From assembly GCA_022605425.2 (NCBI GenBank), contig CM061255.1:659151-723150 (forward strand): a stretch of DNA of 64,000 bases, read 5' to 3'. The notes under the pieces are model-generated. The model was not told the DNA's origin. It was given only the letters and a program-made list of their open reading frames with translations, and made no database searches. Below are positions 1 to 11,600 of this stretch, piece after piece. Position 1 is the stretch's first letter. The number at the start of each line of letters is the position of its first letter. The translations under genes were made by a program, and so were the position numbers. The stretch comes from Hamiltosporidium tvaerminnensis FI-OER-3-3. Its lineage: Eukaryota; Fungi; Microsporidia.

Positions 1-549
1 TTTTTTTGTCTGATATAGAATTTTTAAGGAGTTATAACTGTAAGTCCAAACTAATCCTATAAATAGCAGAAAAGTTGAAACTGACAATTTTTTTTTTCTG
101 CTTCCTTATAGATATAAATATTGAATAAAGAAAAAAACATTTATTAAATTCAAGAATACTCATTACATAACCTTTTTAGATATGTAAACAACACTGTTTA
201 GCTTTTTTTGTGCCTTATCTAATCCTAAAGGTCGATTTAGTGCTGCAATTTTGTTATTTGTGTTTACTAGGGGAGTTTTTTTACAAAGTTTTACAAAAAT
301 CAAATCTTTTTTATGTTTAAAACTTCGGCTACGTCAGTCGCATTTTTCTGTTAATTTTGACGATTCAAAGGTCGCAAAGAGCAAATGTTTACTTCAAAAC
401 AAAACAAGTAAATATATTTCCAAGGGCTTTTTTAGGTAGGAAAAGGCTCAATAGTTATGCTGTTATAGTCGACGACAAAAAAATGCCATACAGTAGTAAA
501 TTTTAGAAAAATATTTAAAAAATCAAAAATAGTAACAAAAAATTTTTTA

Positions 550-2514
550 TTAACTATAACATCCTTCCTCGCTTGCTTTATTTTCTATCTTTAAGACTTC
601 GGCTACTTTTAAATAATATTCATATCTTTTCTTACTTTTATCATCATTGGAACCTGTACATTCTAAGGCACCATTTATGGCTTTGGTTGTAGCACCAAAC
701 TGGTTATCAGAAACACCGGGCGCATTTCTTACATTTTGTACCCAAAACCAGACGGATGTTTGAGCACCAATTTTAACATCTTCAGCAACCATTTCGGGTT
801 TCATCACAAGCTCTTCGCCCATTCCAATACCTTCAGAAGCCGCCTTATAATTTGCTGCCCATGAAAGTTGCATGAAACCTCTCCCATGGTATGATTTATC
901 AGGTTGTCCCGTCCCATCATCGTATTGTGAAGCACATGATGTTCCCCCCTGACAAGCTTCTTCTTCAGTTTTTGTTAAACCGACTGATTCATGTATTATT
1001 TGTGCAACGAACATTGCGCCTTCATCTCGTTTGAAGGATTCTTTTTTCATTGCTTCAGCTACTGCATCACAATTTTCTTGTGGTGGAGAAAATCCACATG
1101 CAGAAGCGCTTTCCATTATTTCCTGAGCCGAGATATCACCGCCAGATGAAGAAGATCCACCGGATGATCCTCCAGAGGAACCCTCATCTTGTTTTGACAA
1201 TAATTTCTGAGATTTTTCGTAACTTTCATTCCTTAAAAAATAATTCTTTAAATCGGAATTTATATTTTTAGAGACCGATTCCCCAAGATTTGATTTGTTT
1301 TTTGCATGGATTTCATGATCGTTAAAATTATTTTCATTGAACTTTACATTCCCGTTTTTGTTGCTAGAATCGAATAAATTAGAATTGTTTTTTTCTGAAT
1401 TATTTTTTGTTGCATTTGCTTCGATTTCTTTTTTCATAAATTCCGTATCAAAAATAACATTCGATTTGTTCACAATATTGTGATCTTTCTTCATATTAAT
1501 ATCATTAGACAAATTTTCGAAATTTATATTTCTGAAATTTGTTTCTTTAACTTCTTTGTCATTGGATTCTATAAAATTGCTGGTTGCTGGAGAACTAATC
1601 ATAGTAGGCAAGTTCATAGGAATGAGAGGTTTAATGCATTGAAGAGAAACGGTACCGGGTATTACTTCACCGTTGCTCGTTTGTGCCGAGGAAATGCTTT
1701 GTGGACTTGGTGAATTCGATGTAGAAGACATCGACTGACTTGATATATTAGAAGAAGAAACATTACTTGATGAACCAGTTGGTATCCCACTAGTCTTAGT
1801 TATATTTATCGGAATAGGAATTATTTGATTGTTTTTTTGTATATTTTTTTTTGCAGTAACGATTTCGACTTTGATTTCAGACGGGGCCATTTTATTTGTA
1901 ACTGTAACAGTTGTTGTTATTTCCTTGGTCTGTGTTTTGGCGTCTTTACTGGTTTTTTCTGTAAAATTTTCAGTTTGTGGTTTATTTTGAGAATTAATAA
2001 TTGTTCGAATGAATGTTTCCGTTATTGTTCTAAGATTAATGTTCTCTTTTTCTGGCTTCATTATTAAAGTACTGAAAATTGTGGTAATGGATGGAATGAC
2101 TTCTCTTTTATCCAAAAAACATCCATCACATTTACTCATAGTAACCTTTTCATCTTTATTTAATACATCCTTGTTCAAATTACCAATTCCATTTTTTGCA
2201 TTATCGAAATATCTACCTTTTTCAATGGCTTCCATATCTTTGTTTTCGTTATCAAGTACGTCGAAAATCTTTTCAATATCATTATGTTCAGTTTCTTGGT
2301 TAATTTTTCTTTCAATATTCCTTTCCTTTACACAGGTTAATCCACCATTTCTTAATTCGCATCTTGTATTTTCTGGACAATCTACAATAATCCAATTACC
2401 TTCTACATCACATACGTGCATTGAATTATCTTTACATTCCGAAGAACCCGGCAAGCAAATATCTCTTTGAATACTTATTCCTAAATATCCCAAAAGAATA
2501 CCGAAAAACATCAT
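550..2514 (-). CDS. Secreted GH19 chitinase (N-terminal Cys-rich CBM19-like module, long Ser/Asn linker, C-terminal GH19 domain), paralog 1
   Basis: 654-aa ORF. Hydrophobic N-terminus; CLPGSSEC..MHVC..GNW..CPENTRC module; GH19 motifs IIHESVGL, TEEEAC, YHGRGFMQLSW..NY, SVWFW, ATTKAINGALEC. Confidence 0.9.
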   Translation of the reverse strand: MMFFGILLGYLGISIQRDICLPGSSECKDNSMHVCDVEGNWIIVDCPENTRCELRNGGLTCVKERNIERKINQETEHNDIEKIFDVLDNENKDMEAIEKGRYFDNAKNGIGNLNKDVLNKDEKVTMSKCDGCFLDKREVIPSITTIFSTLIMKPEKENINLRTITETFIRTIINSQNKPQTENFTEKTSKDAKTQTKEITTTVTVTNKMAPSEIKVEIVTAKKNIQKNNQIIPIPINITKTSGIPTGSSSNVSSSNISSQSMSSTSNSPSPQSISSAQTSNGEVIPGTVSLQCIKPLIPMNLPTMISSPATSNFIESNDKEVKETNFRNINFENLSNDINMKKDHNIVNKSNVIFDTEFMKKEIEANATKNNSEKNNSNLFDSSNKNGNVKFNENNFNDHEIHAKNKSNLGESVSKNINSDLKNYFLRNESYEKSQKLLSKQDEGSSGGSSGGSSSSGGDISAQEIMESASACGFSPPQENCDAVAEAMKKESFKRDEGAMFVAQIIHESVGLTKTEEEACQGGTSCASQYDDGTGQPDKSYHGRGFMQLSWAANYKAASEGIGMGEELVMKPEMVAEDVKIGAQTSVWFWVQNVRNAPGVSDNQFGATTKAINGALECTGSNDDKSKKRYEYYLKVAEVLKIENKASEEGCYS

Positions 2515-4575
2515 ATAACACGAAATAAAACAAGATATATTCCTTTATCTGATTCATTGTAAGATATTCATAATTAGTCATAATTATTAAATTTGAACTG
2601 GTTGATATACTACCTTAAATAGTTATTATATTGTCGATTGATCAAAAAAAATTGTGTTTGTTTATCAATTAGCTCTATATAGAAAGTACTTAAGATTTTT
2701 CTTTTAATAGAAACCTATTTCATTACAAAAATAAATTAGTATGTGAAACAAAATATATGAGATATTATTAGGTAAGAAGATTAAAAAAAACAAAGAACCA
2801 AAATCTATTAGTAAGTTTCTGTATTAAGATTTGGAAAAATTGCTTTAAAATAAATTAATTAAAAGATTGTATTTACTTGCTAATGATTTTAATCTTCAAA
2901 TTTTTTTTAGTTTTATTAAATAGCTCTTTGATTTAAAATTTCCAAAAACACAATAAGAATTTCATATAAATTTATTTAAATACTTTTAATGTGTTATATT
3001 TCTTTTTCTAAGACTGAATCAACATCAAAACGCATTTTATAATAAAATATTTCATAAAAGTTTTTTTTAAAATATTTGTCAATTATCCCATTGTTTAGAA
3101 ACCGTCAAGAATGAATTTCAATATAATCCTATAACTCATTTTTTTAAAGAAAATATTGTAAATATCCTTTAACTAATATTTTTGCTTTCTTTCAAAAATT
3201 AAAAATCATTAGATAAATTAAATATTTAATTCTGTAAATATAAAGTAAAATTTAAATTCAATGACATGATAAAATATATTTAAGTTATGTTGAAATATTT
3301 CCTTAATATTTGCATTTAAATTTTTAAACTGTATTCACAAGTATAAAATATAAATTGAGTATTTGTTACTAAAAAAGTAAAGAAATATGTATTTGTCCAA
3401 TAATCTCTAATATCATTTTGACGGTGAAAAATGTATTCTTAAAAAATAAATATATATAGAATAGGTATTCTAATGCCCGAAAAATATTTTTTTAGGGAAG
3501 AATAGATGTATCGTTATTGTTTCAATAAACTTAAATCCTCTACAGAATTATTTAAAAATTTTATTGTAAATATTGTAAATCAAATAATTGAATTGAATAG
3601 ACATTTAGAAAGAGATATTAGTAATTACATATTGTAACTAAATCTAGAAAATAATTTGGAAATTATTTCTTAATATATTATTCATTGGAACAAAAATATA
3701 GATATTTTTGATCAAAGCTAGATCTAATAAGTTGGTTTGTTAATTTTTTTATTACTAACCTGATTATTTATATTTTTAATTGATTTTAGTTTTTTCTCTA
3801 AAAAAATTATTAATTTTGTATCCGTAAAAAATCTAGTCAAACGTGGTAATTTAAATTATCATAAGAAATAATTTTCTCGAAATTATTTTTGTAAATAAAA
3901 ATATATTCCACACCAAAACATCTCAAATTCTGTCAAATCAATCAAATGTCAAATCACAATATTTTAGAATTTATGTTTACCACCAAAATTTATTTTAATC
4001 ATGTATTACATCTATAATTAATACTAATGGTTAATTAATTATATCACAAAAAGATCAAGAAACCAAAAATAATCTGTAATTTATATATTAACATACAAAA
4101 ATAAAATATTTAGAAAATTATTCAATCAAAAAAAATATCACAACTCTCTGGAAGCATGATTGTGAATAAAAGTGTTCTAAACACCCAAATTAGAAACTAA
4201 ATACTGATTTGAACTACAGATTAATAAAAACAGTTATTAGATTACCTTGCTCTATAAAACCATGAATATTGGTGCAAATTTCATTAAAGCTATGCAAAAC
4301 AGCTAAACTTAAATATTTTACACCCTAGAACAAAGGAAGCGAGATTCATAATTTTAGTGTTAAACATGCTTTATTAAGTTTTCTTGAAATTTTTTTAAAG
4401 ATATAAAAGAATGACAACATATAATATAATGGGAAATTTATTCTAACGAAATTTTTCAAAAACACTTCATTTGGATGTGAAAAAGATATAATGGCATCCT
4501 TTTAATGCTACTTAAACATCCATATAACTAACAAGCCTTGGATATAAATCATATATTTACCTTAATTATAATCAT

Positions 4576-6792
4576 CTAGTAACATCCTTCCTCACTCGCT
4601 TTATTTTCTATCTTTAAGACTTCGGCTACTTTTAAATAATATTCATATCTTTTCTTACTTTTATCGACATTGGAACCTGTACATTCTAAAGCACCATTTA
4701 TTGCTTTGGTTGTAGCACCAAACTGGTTATCAGAAACACCGGGTGCTGGTCTAACTCTTTCAATCCAATACCATACAGAAACCTGGGCAGCAATTTTAGG
4801 ATCTTCTGATACTAAGTGAGGATTATGAAGTAATTCATCGCCCATTCCAATACCTTCAGAAGCTGCCTTATAATTTGCAGGCCATGAAAGTTGAATGAAA
4901 CCTCTTCCATGGTATGATTTTCCTGCTCCACCAGTGCCATCATCGTATTGTGAAGCACATGATGTTCCCCCCTGACAAGCTTCTTCTTCGGTTTTTGAAA
5001 GACCAGAACTTTCATGAATTAATTGTGCGATAAACATGGCGCCTTCCTCTTTACTTTCAAATTTTCCTTTCATTGCTTCTGCCACTGCATCACAATTTTC
5101 TTGTGGCGGTGAAAATCCACATGCAGAACAACATTCCATTATTTCTTGAGCTGAGATATCCCCACCAGATGATGATGAAGAAGAACCACCAGATGATTTT
5201 CCAGAAGAAGAGCCACTTGAATTTGGGCTGCTCGATGACCCACCTGGCTTTGTACTACTACTGGATTCTGAACTACTTCCACCTGCACCACCAGGTGGCG
5301 TTCCACCCGCTGCACTTCCTCCGGTGCTTTTACTTCCACTGCTCCCACCGCTACTCCCACTACTGCTTCCGCTGCTACTCCCACTACTGATTCCGCTGCT
5401 ACTCCCACTACTGATTCCGCTGCTACTACCACCGCTACTACCGCCACTACTCTTACCTGAAGTTGCTCCTGCACTTCCTCCACTTGGACTTCCGTTACTT
5501 CCTCCACTTGGACTTCCGCTACTTCCTCCGCTTTTACTTCCGCTACCTCCTCCGCTGCTTCCTCCACTTGGACTTCCTCCGCTGCTGCCACCACTTTTAC
5601 CTCCGCTACCTCCACCTGTACTTCCTCCACCAGCACTTCCTCCACTAGCACCTCCTCCACTAGCACCTCCTCCACCACCTTTACTTCCGCTCCCTCCTCC
5701 TCCGTTGCTTCCTCCACTTGGACTGCCTCCACTAGCACCCCCTCCACCACCTTTACTTCCGCTCCCTCCTCCACCAGCAGCTCCACTTCCTGCACCCTCC
5801 TGTTTGCTCCCATTTCCACCAGAACCTCCAATTCCGCCTCCCGCAGCCCCAGAACCTCCACTTCCTCCTCCACCACCTCCACCACCTCCACCTACTGGTT
5901 GCTGTAAATTATTTCCTACATTTATTGGACCAGGCATTGTGATTGTTGGCTGAATAAATGGACATACTACACCGCCAACACCACAACCCTTATTTTTATT
6001 ATCCTGTTTCTCATGCTGTACAGAAGCAGTTGTATTTCCTTTTTCTCTTATAATTTCAAATTTTATATTTGATGGTATCAAACGAGAAGTAACCGTGACT
6101 GTTTTTTCCCTCACTTGATCAATATTCTTGCCATTTGCATTGTTATTAGCTTTATCCTCTGTTTTATTGTCTTTACAATTATTATCCTTGCAGTCTTTGA
6201 TCTCTTTTATCGAATTAGCTCCAATATTATCTTTACAATTATTATCCTTACAGTCTTGAATAGCCTTGGTCGTAATATTATTCGGATTTTCATTCTTAGT
6301 ATCCTTACAATTATTATCTTTACATTCTTTAGTCTGCATAATTGTCTTAGTCTCCAGAATAGCCTTATTGTCAGCATTACTATCCTTACAATTACCATTG
6401 CACTTACCATTACCTTCATTCATTCTATTCGTTTTTATTGCCCCACTGTCAACTGTTCGTGTCACAGTAGTTGTAACAACTTTGTCTTCTTTACTTCTAT
6501 TTCGATCTTTAAAATTTTTAAATTTAAATTTTTTATTTTCTTTTTTGTCCCTTCCCTTATCATCCGAATACTCTTCTTCACTATAAGTATCTTCTTCTTC
6601 TATATCTTCCTTCTTTACGCATTTCGGTGTGGTTTCTTCTATTTCACACACACTACCCTCTGGACAGTCGACAGATATCCAGTTACCATTAATATCACAT
6701 ACGTGCATAGAATTATCCTTACATTCTGATGAGCCTGGTAAACACTTGTCACGTTGATATGTCGTCAGTAGCAGTAATAGGAACGTAAGCAT
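4576..6792 (-). CDS. Secreted GH19 chitinase with Gly/Ser-rich linker, paralog 2
   Basis: 738-aa ORF. Signal peptide MLTFLLLLLTT; same Cys module; CKDNNCKD repeats; ~240-aa G/S linker; LIHESSGL, YHGRGFIQLSWPANY, ATTKAINGALEC. Confidence 0.9.
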   Translation of the reverse strand: MLTFLLLLLTTYQRDKCLPGSSECKDNSMHVCDINGNWISVDCPEGSVCEIEETTPKCVKKEDIEEEDTYSEEEYSDDKGRDKKENKKFKFKNFKDRNRSKEDKVVTTTVTRTVDSGAIKTNRMNEGNGKCNGNCKDSNADNKAILETKTIMQTKECKDNNCKDTKNENPNNITTKAIQDCKDNNCKDNIGANSIKEIKDCKDNNCKDNKTEDKANNNANGKNIDQVREKTVTVTSRLIPSNIKFEIIREKGNTTASVQHEKQDNKNKGCGVGGVVCPFIQPTITMPGPINVGNNLQQPVGGGGGGGGGGSGGSGAAGGGIGGSGGNGSKQEGAGSGAAGGGGSGSKGGGGGASGGSPSGGSNGGGGSGSKGGGGGASGGGASGGSAGGGSTGGGSGGKSGGSSGGSPSGGSSGGGSGSKSGGSSGSPSGGSNGSPSGGSAGATSGKSSGGSSGGSSSGISSGSSSGISSGSSSGSSSGSSGGSSGSKSTGGSAAGGTPPGGAGGSSSESSSSTKPGGSSSSPNSSGSSSGKSSGGSSSSSSGGDISAQEIMECCSACGFSPPQENCDAVAEAMKGKFESKEEGAMFIAQLIHESSGLSKTEEEACQGGTSCASQYDDGTGGAGKSYHGRGFIQLSWPANYKAASEGIGMGDELLHNPHLVSEDPKIAAQVSVWYWIERVRPAPGVSDNQFGATTKAINGALECTGSNVDKSKKRYEYYLKVAEVLKIENKASEEGCY

Positions 6793-7344
6793 TATGTTTA
6801 TATTTTTGTACTAAAAAAAATACTTTTTATCTTTTTTGTTTCATGTAGAGAATTTAAAACGAATGTTTTAGAAATGTTTTAATTGATTAAAAAATAGTAT
6901 TTTATATTCAAATTAATCTAATATAGCAGTACTTTGTTTGTGCTAAAAAAAATATATTTTAATATTATTAATACTTTATACTTGATGCATTCTAATTTGC
7001 CTTCTTTAAATATTTAAATTTGTGTTTTAGTCTTTCTAATGAGTTTTTTTACTTTCATTTATACACATATACTTCTTTATTTATACTTCCTTTGTTCTGC
7101 TTTCTTTCTTATACTTCACTATTTATATTTACCTTTCTTTCTTTCTTATACTTCCATGTTTGTATTACTTATCATACTTACTTATATTTTCTTTAATTAT
7201 ACATCTTTTACTTCCACATCCACTTCATTACTTGTATTTACATTCTTTACCAATTCATTCATTATTTGTGTTTCTTTAGTCATTAATTCTTTACATTCAT
7301 ATCTCTTCTTTTGAATTTGTATTTTTACAAAAAAAAATATGAAG

Positions 7345-7358
7345 AAACCCTAGAAATG
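7345..7358 (+). promoter_or_regulatory. Microsporidian CCC-like motif upstream of the start codon (representative instance)
   Basis: CCC or GGG lies within ~25 nt of the ATG of RFC, eIF5A, SUN, SPF1, and the 30832, 46396 and 53699 genes. Confidence 0.65.
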
Positions 7359-8609
7359 TCTCTATTAGTAGAAAAGTATCGACCATACTCTTTGACAGAA
7401 GTAATAGGAAATAAAGAAGCAATTAATACTTTGAAACTTGTATTGAGTTCTAACACACTTCCACACCTACTTTTTACCGGACCACCTGGTACTGGCAAGA
7501 CCACATGCGCCAAAATATTAGGTAATCGGCTTTCTAAAGATTTACTTGAATTAAACGCATCAGATGATCGAGGAATCGATGTTGTCAGAACCAAAATTAA
7601 AAACTTTACTCTTAGAAAAGTAGATCCCAAAAACAATTTAACAAATAAAACCAACCCTAACCCTTCCCTAACCCCAAATACACGCATAAACAGTTATAAA
7701 ATAATTATTTTAGATGAAGCAGATTCTATGACCACAGCTGCACAACAAGCACTACGTAGAATAATGGAGACTTCTAAAGACACTCGTTTTATTCTTATCT
7801 GTAACACGTTTAGCAAAATATATGAACCAATACAAAGTAGATGTGCTGTAATTAAATTTGAAAGAATATCTGACACAGAAATACAACAAAGACTTTCTTT
7901 TATAATTGAAAAAGAAAATATTCAAGTAGAAGAGGGTGTTATTCAAACAATAAGTGATTTATGTGAAGGTGATATGAGACAAGCCATTAACACCCTTTCA
8001 TCTGTTGTATTTACTAAACAACACCCCATTGAAAACCCTTTAAAAGAAAAGGAGAATATAAAAGCAACAAATATTACTAACAAGGAAGATACTACAAATA
8101 TAGAAGTACCAATAATAACACCCTCTAAGGATGATAATGAAAACCATAGTAAATTAACACATTGTAATTATAATACCTGTAATTTAACACCCTCTAAGGA
8201 TAATAATGAATTGGATAGTAAATTAACACATGTTAATCATAATACCTGTAATTTAACACCCTCTAATAATAATAATGGAAACTATACTATTTTAAAACCC
8301 TTTAAAGTTACTACCGATTACATTACTAAAATAACGGGGGTTCCTTCTCCTACAAAAGTAAAAAGCATTTTAAATCTTTTATTACAAAAGAATGAAGAAG
8401 AGGCATTAAAAGAGTTTGAAGAAATATGGAATCTAAAATATGACCCTGTTGATATTATAAGTGCATTTTTTAGAACTGCAAAATATTTAGAAAATTATGA
8501 ATTAATTAAAGCCATTGGAATGTGTCATGTACGTATTAATGAGGGTTTTAACAGTAAAATACAGTTCTATGGAATGTTTTATGATATACTAAATATAAAG
8601 GGGTGTTAG
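7356..8609 (+). CDS. RFC4: Replication factor C small subunit (yeast Rfc4 / human RFC2 type) with low-complexity insertion
   Basis: VEKYRP, Walker A GPPGTGKT, ELNASDDRGIDVVR, Walker B LDEADSMT..AQQALRRIME, SRC motif, GDMRQAIN. Start placed at ATG 7356, preceded by AAACCC. Confidence 0.93.
   Translation: MSLLVEKYRPYSLTEVIGNKEAINTLKLVLSSNTLPHLLFTGPPGTGKTTCAKILGNRLSKDLLELNASDDRGIDVVRTKIKNFTLRKVDPKNNLTNKTNPNPSLTPNTRINSYKIIILDEADSMTTAAQQALRRIMETSKDTRFILICNTFSKIYEPIQSRCAVIKFERISDTEIQQRLSFIIEKENIQVEEGVIQTISDLCEGDMRQAINTLSSVVFTKQHPIENPLKEKENIKATNITNKEDTTNIEVPIITPSKDDNENHSKLTHCNYNTCNLTPSKDNNELDSKLTHVNHNTCNLTPSNNNNGNYTILKPFKVTTDYITKITGVPSPTKVKSILNLLLQKNEEEALKEFEEIWNLKYDPVDIISAFFRTAKYLENYELIKAIGMCHVRINEGFNSKIQFYGMFYDILNIKGC
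8116..8275 (+). repeat. 69-bp (23-aa) tandem repeat inside the RFC coding insertion
   Basis: TAACACCCTCTAA recurs at 8116, 8185 and 8254. Confidence 0.85.
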
Positions 8610-8799
8610 TAATATAGATAGTGATGTAAAGGGTGTTAATACAACTACTAATATATAACAGGGTGTTATTATTCAGTAGTAATTTAATGTGATATAAAGG
8701 ATGTTAGTATTATAGATAGTGATATAAAGGGTGTTAATACAACTACTAATATATAACAGGGTGTTATTATTCAGTAGTAATTTAATGTGATATAAAGGG
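8594..8799. repeat. 98-bp tandem duplication overlapping the RFC stop, built of AAGGGTGTTA submotifs
   Basis: TGTTAGTA.TATAGATAGTGAT at 8604 and 8702; near-identical units. Confidence 0.85.
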
Positions 8800-9185
8800 T
8801 TTTATTTATTTACTATCTTATTTCTATCTTATTACTGTAATTAAATCCCCTTTATTTATTACTTTTCTTAATGTGTCTTATTTCCATAAAAATATAATTT
8901 TTTACTTCAATTTATACATTTAAAGACAAATTAATTCAACCCCATGTTTAATCGTTTTGTAACTCTAAAAAAGAAAATGTCTGATTGCTGGAATTTAATA
9001 GAAATAAAGAAATTTAGAAACAGATCTGACATATTAATGGATGTAAGTGTTATAACATATAATATATGCATATTAGTTATTAAAAGAAATACAACATTTG
9101 GTTATTTATTGATCGGTATTGAAATGATATATTATTTATTTATTAGAAGAAATATATGTCACAAGAAAGAAGAAATACAGAAATA

Positions 9186-9570
9186 AGAATGTTTATTTCT
9201 TATTGAGAATAGTATTATTATTTGTATTTTATATAGAATTTCATAGAATACGACACAATCGATGAATATTTCCTTCTGAAATAGAATAGTATTTGTATTT
9301 GATATAGATAGAATATTATAGAATATAGACACAATCGATGAATATTTCCTTCTGAAATAGAATATTACTTTATTGATTAAAACTATAGAACAGTAATAGA
9401 AACAACACACTCAAGAATATTTATTTCTTATTGAGAATAGTATTTATTGATTAAAACTATAGAACAGTAATAGAAACAACACACTCAAGAATATTTATTT
9501 CTTATTGAGAATAGTATTGATTGATTAAATCTATAGAACAGCACAAGAAAATAAACACAATCTAAGAATA
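9186..9570. repeat. 74-76-bp minisatellite array
   Basis: ATTGATTAAA.CTATAGAACAG at ~9372, ~9446, ~9520; ACACAATCGATGAATATTT at ~9253 and ~9329. Confidence 0.8.
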
Positions 9571-10181
9571 TTTCAATTTTTTTATAAAGCATAAATTTTT
9601 TAAGATATTAATTAAATTTTTTATGCATTCTATAATATAGCATTTTTTTCTTAAATAAATATTTTTTCTATAATCTTCAATTGACTTATTTATAGAAAAT
9701 TATTAATTTATTTTTTTACAAATATAAAATTGTATTATATAGAAACATTTTATATAAATCTTATAATTATTCTAAAAATATTTTTTTTAAAGTAAAATAT
9801 ACATATTCTAATAAATATACTTTCAAATAACCAACTAAATAACCACTTAATTAATATATAGCTCTTTACTAAGAAGCAATTAATTGAAATTATTTTCCCT
9901 TATAAAATAATTATAAAATAAACCAATTAGGTAATCCAATAGCTACAACAAAAACAAATGAATCAAAAATTTAATAAACACCCTTAACAAACAATTAAGT
10001 AATCCAATGACTAATACTTTGACACCTTTAATAAACCTCTTTACCCACCTATTAACTAATCAACTAAAAAATAAATTAAATATAAATCAATTATTTATTA
10101 TATATTCTTTAACACATCACATCTCGTAATATTTAAATAAAAATTTTAAATTTTGAAAAACTTAATAAATTAAAATTACTT

Positions 10182-10676
10182 TTATTTTTTAATAACCTTT
10201 GAAATCTTAAGATCTTCAATAGCAAGATAATCTTTAGCTGTAACCGCAGTAAAAACAACCTCTCCTTCATTAGCAAGAAAATATTCTTTAATTTTAGAAA
10301 GATCAGATTCTTGAATACGATTAAGCTGTAAATACTCAATATCTTCATTACCACCTGTGGTATTGGCTTGTACACACAAAGAATCGTTATCTTCGTCTAC
10401 ATCAACAAGTACATACGATTTCTTTTTAAGTTCTACTTTGTTAAGTTTTATTCCTCCATTAAATTGCTTGGTAATGTTTTTGCCGCTTCCTAAAATTTGC
10501 CCTTCTAAAATTACTTTGGCAGCACCATGTTTACCAGTCTTTACTTTTGAAATATCTGATACTTTATAGTATTCTATTTTGTTGGCAGAATCAAGCATTA
10601 TTATATTTCCGGATTTAACATCAGAAGCACATACAGATTCATAAGCTTGTTCTTCTTCTTCTAACAAAACTGCCAT
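10182..10676 (-). CDS. eIF5A: Translation factor eIF5A
   Basis: Hypusination motif KTGKHGAAK. Likely start is the ATG at 10676 (MAVLLEEEE), preceded by AAACCCTTCA. Confidence 0.93.
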   Translation of the reverse strand: MAVLLEEEEQAYESVCASDVKSGNIIMLDSANKIEYYKVSDISKVKTGKHGAAKVILEGQILGSGKNITKQFNGGIKLNKVELKKKSYVLVDVDEDNDSLCVQANTTGGNEDIEYLQLNRIQESDLSKIKEYFLANEGEVVFTAVTAKDYLAIEDLKISKVIKK

Positions 10677-10809
10677 TGAAGGGTTTATAATTTTCACATT
10701 AAATATTTTAAAATTTTTAATTTTGACATAAATGAAAAAAAAAGAAATGGAAATGATTGACATGTGTTTGTTAATTAAATATTTATAATTTAATTATGTC
10801 CTTGTAATG

Positions 10810-11600
10810 AGCTCGGTTAAGACTATACTAGACGGTATAATGAAGTGGTTAGATTCCCGTACCTTATTCTTCTAAATAAATATAAATTTAAGTCTTCAAG
10901 ACAAATTAGAAGTCATTCGGTTCAAGAAGTTTTAAAAACGAGTATGCGGAAATAAGAGAGACACAAAAGTAAAACCGTTTTTAAGATTCGGCATAATGGA
11001 TCGAATATATTTATTTTAGATAAGAGAAAATATGATAACACTCACTGAATTAGGGATTACTTCACAAGATTCACTTCAAATAATTTAAATTGAAAAACTT
11101 AGAAAGTATAACTTATTAGCAAATAGGTTGGGTCTTATTTATAAGTGTAGTGTTGAGATAATTCCTAATATGAACCTGGGACGGTATTGTGACCAAATAC
11201 TATAAGACTTATGTTAAAAGACTACGGATAGTTATGAATATAGAGGCATACATTCAGTTTATAGTAATAAGAATACAGTCGAAACCACTTACTTTGATCA
11301 ACATAGAGGACTTATGTCAGGGTCTATCCCGAAAAGAGCTGTACAAAGCGTCATTAAGTGCTATGAAGGAGCTGAGATATATTAACAACTAACACACCAT
11401 TCAAGGCAAGTAGATAGCGAAGAAGATGGTGTTAAAAAAGTAATAGATAAAATATCTTATCCCCTATTATTTTAGTTCCTTTAATTACAGTTAAGGAAAG
11501 ACAATAAACATAAAGGAAGAGTCGGATTGAGAAGCAGAGAAAGAAGTGATTAAAATTCGGAAAATAATATACAAAAGAACATAAATTAATTAAATAATAT
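10810..11600 (+). mobile_element. Decayed 3' fragment of a REL-endonuclease non-LTR retrotransposon
   Basis: Broken frames give DYTRRYNEVVR, IFILDK, ELGITSQDSLQI, EKLRKYNLLAN.LGLIYKCSVEII, WDGIVTKYYKTYVKRL..MNIEAYIQ. Homologous to 56860-57310. Confidence 0.8.

Noticed and set aside
5073-5953. Leu/Pro-rich and Val/Glu-rich ORFs overlapping chitinase 2
   Set aside because: Shadow frames of the Gly/Ser repeat.
7039-7314. 91-aa hydrophobic ORF upstream of RFC
   Set aside because: T/C-rich low-complexity intergenic sequence with no recognisable motif.
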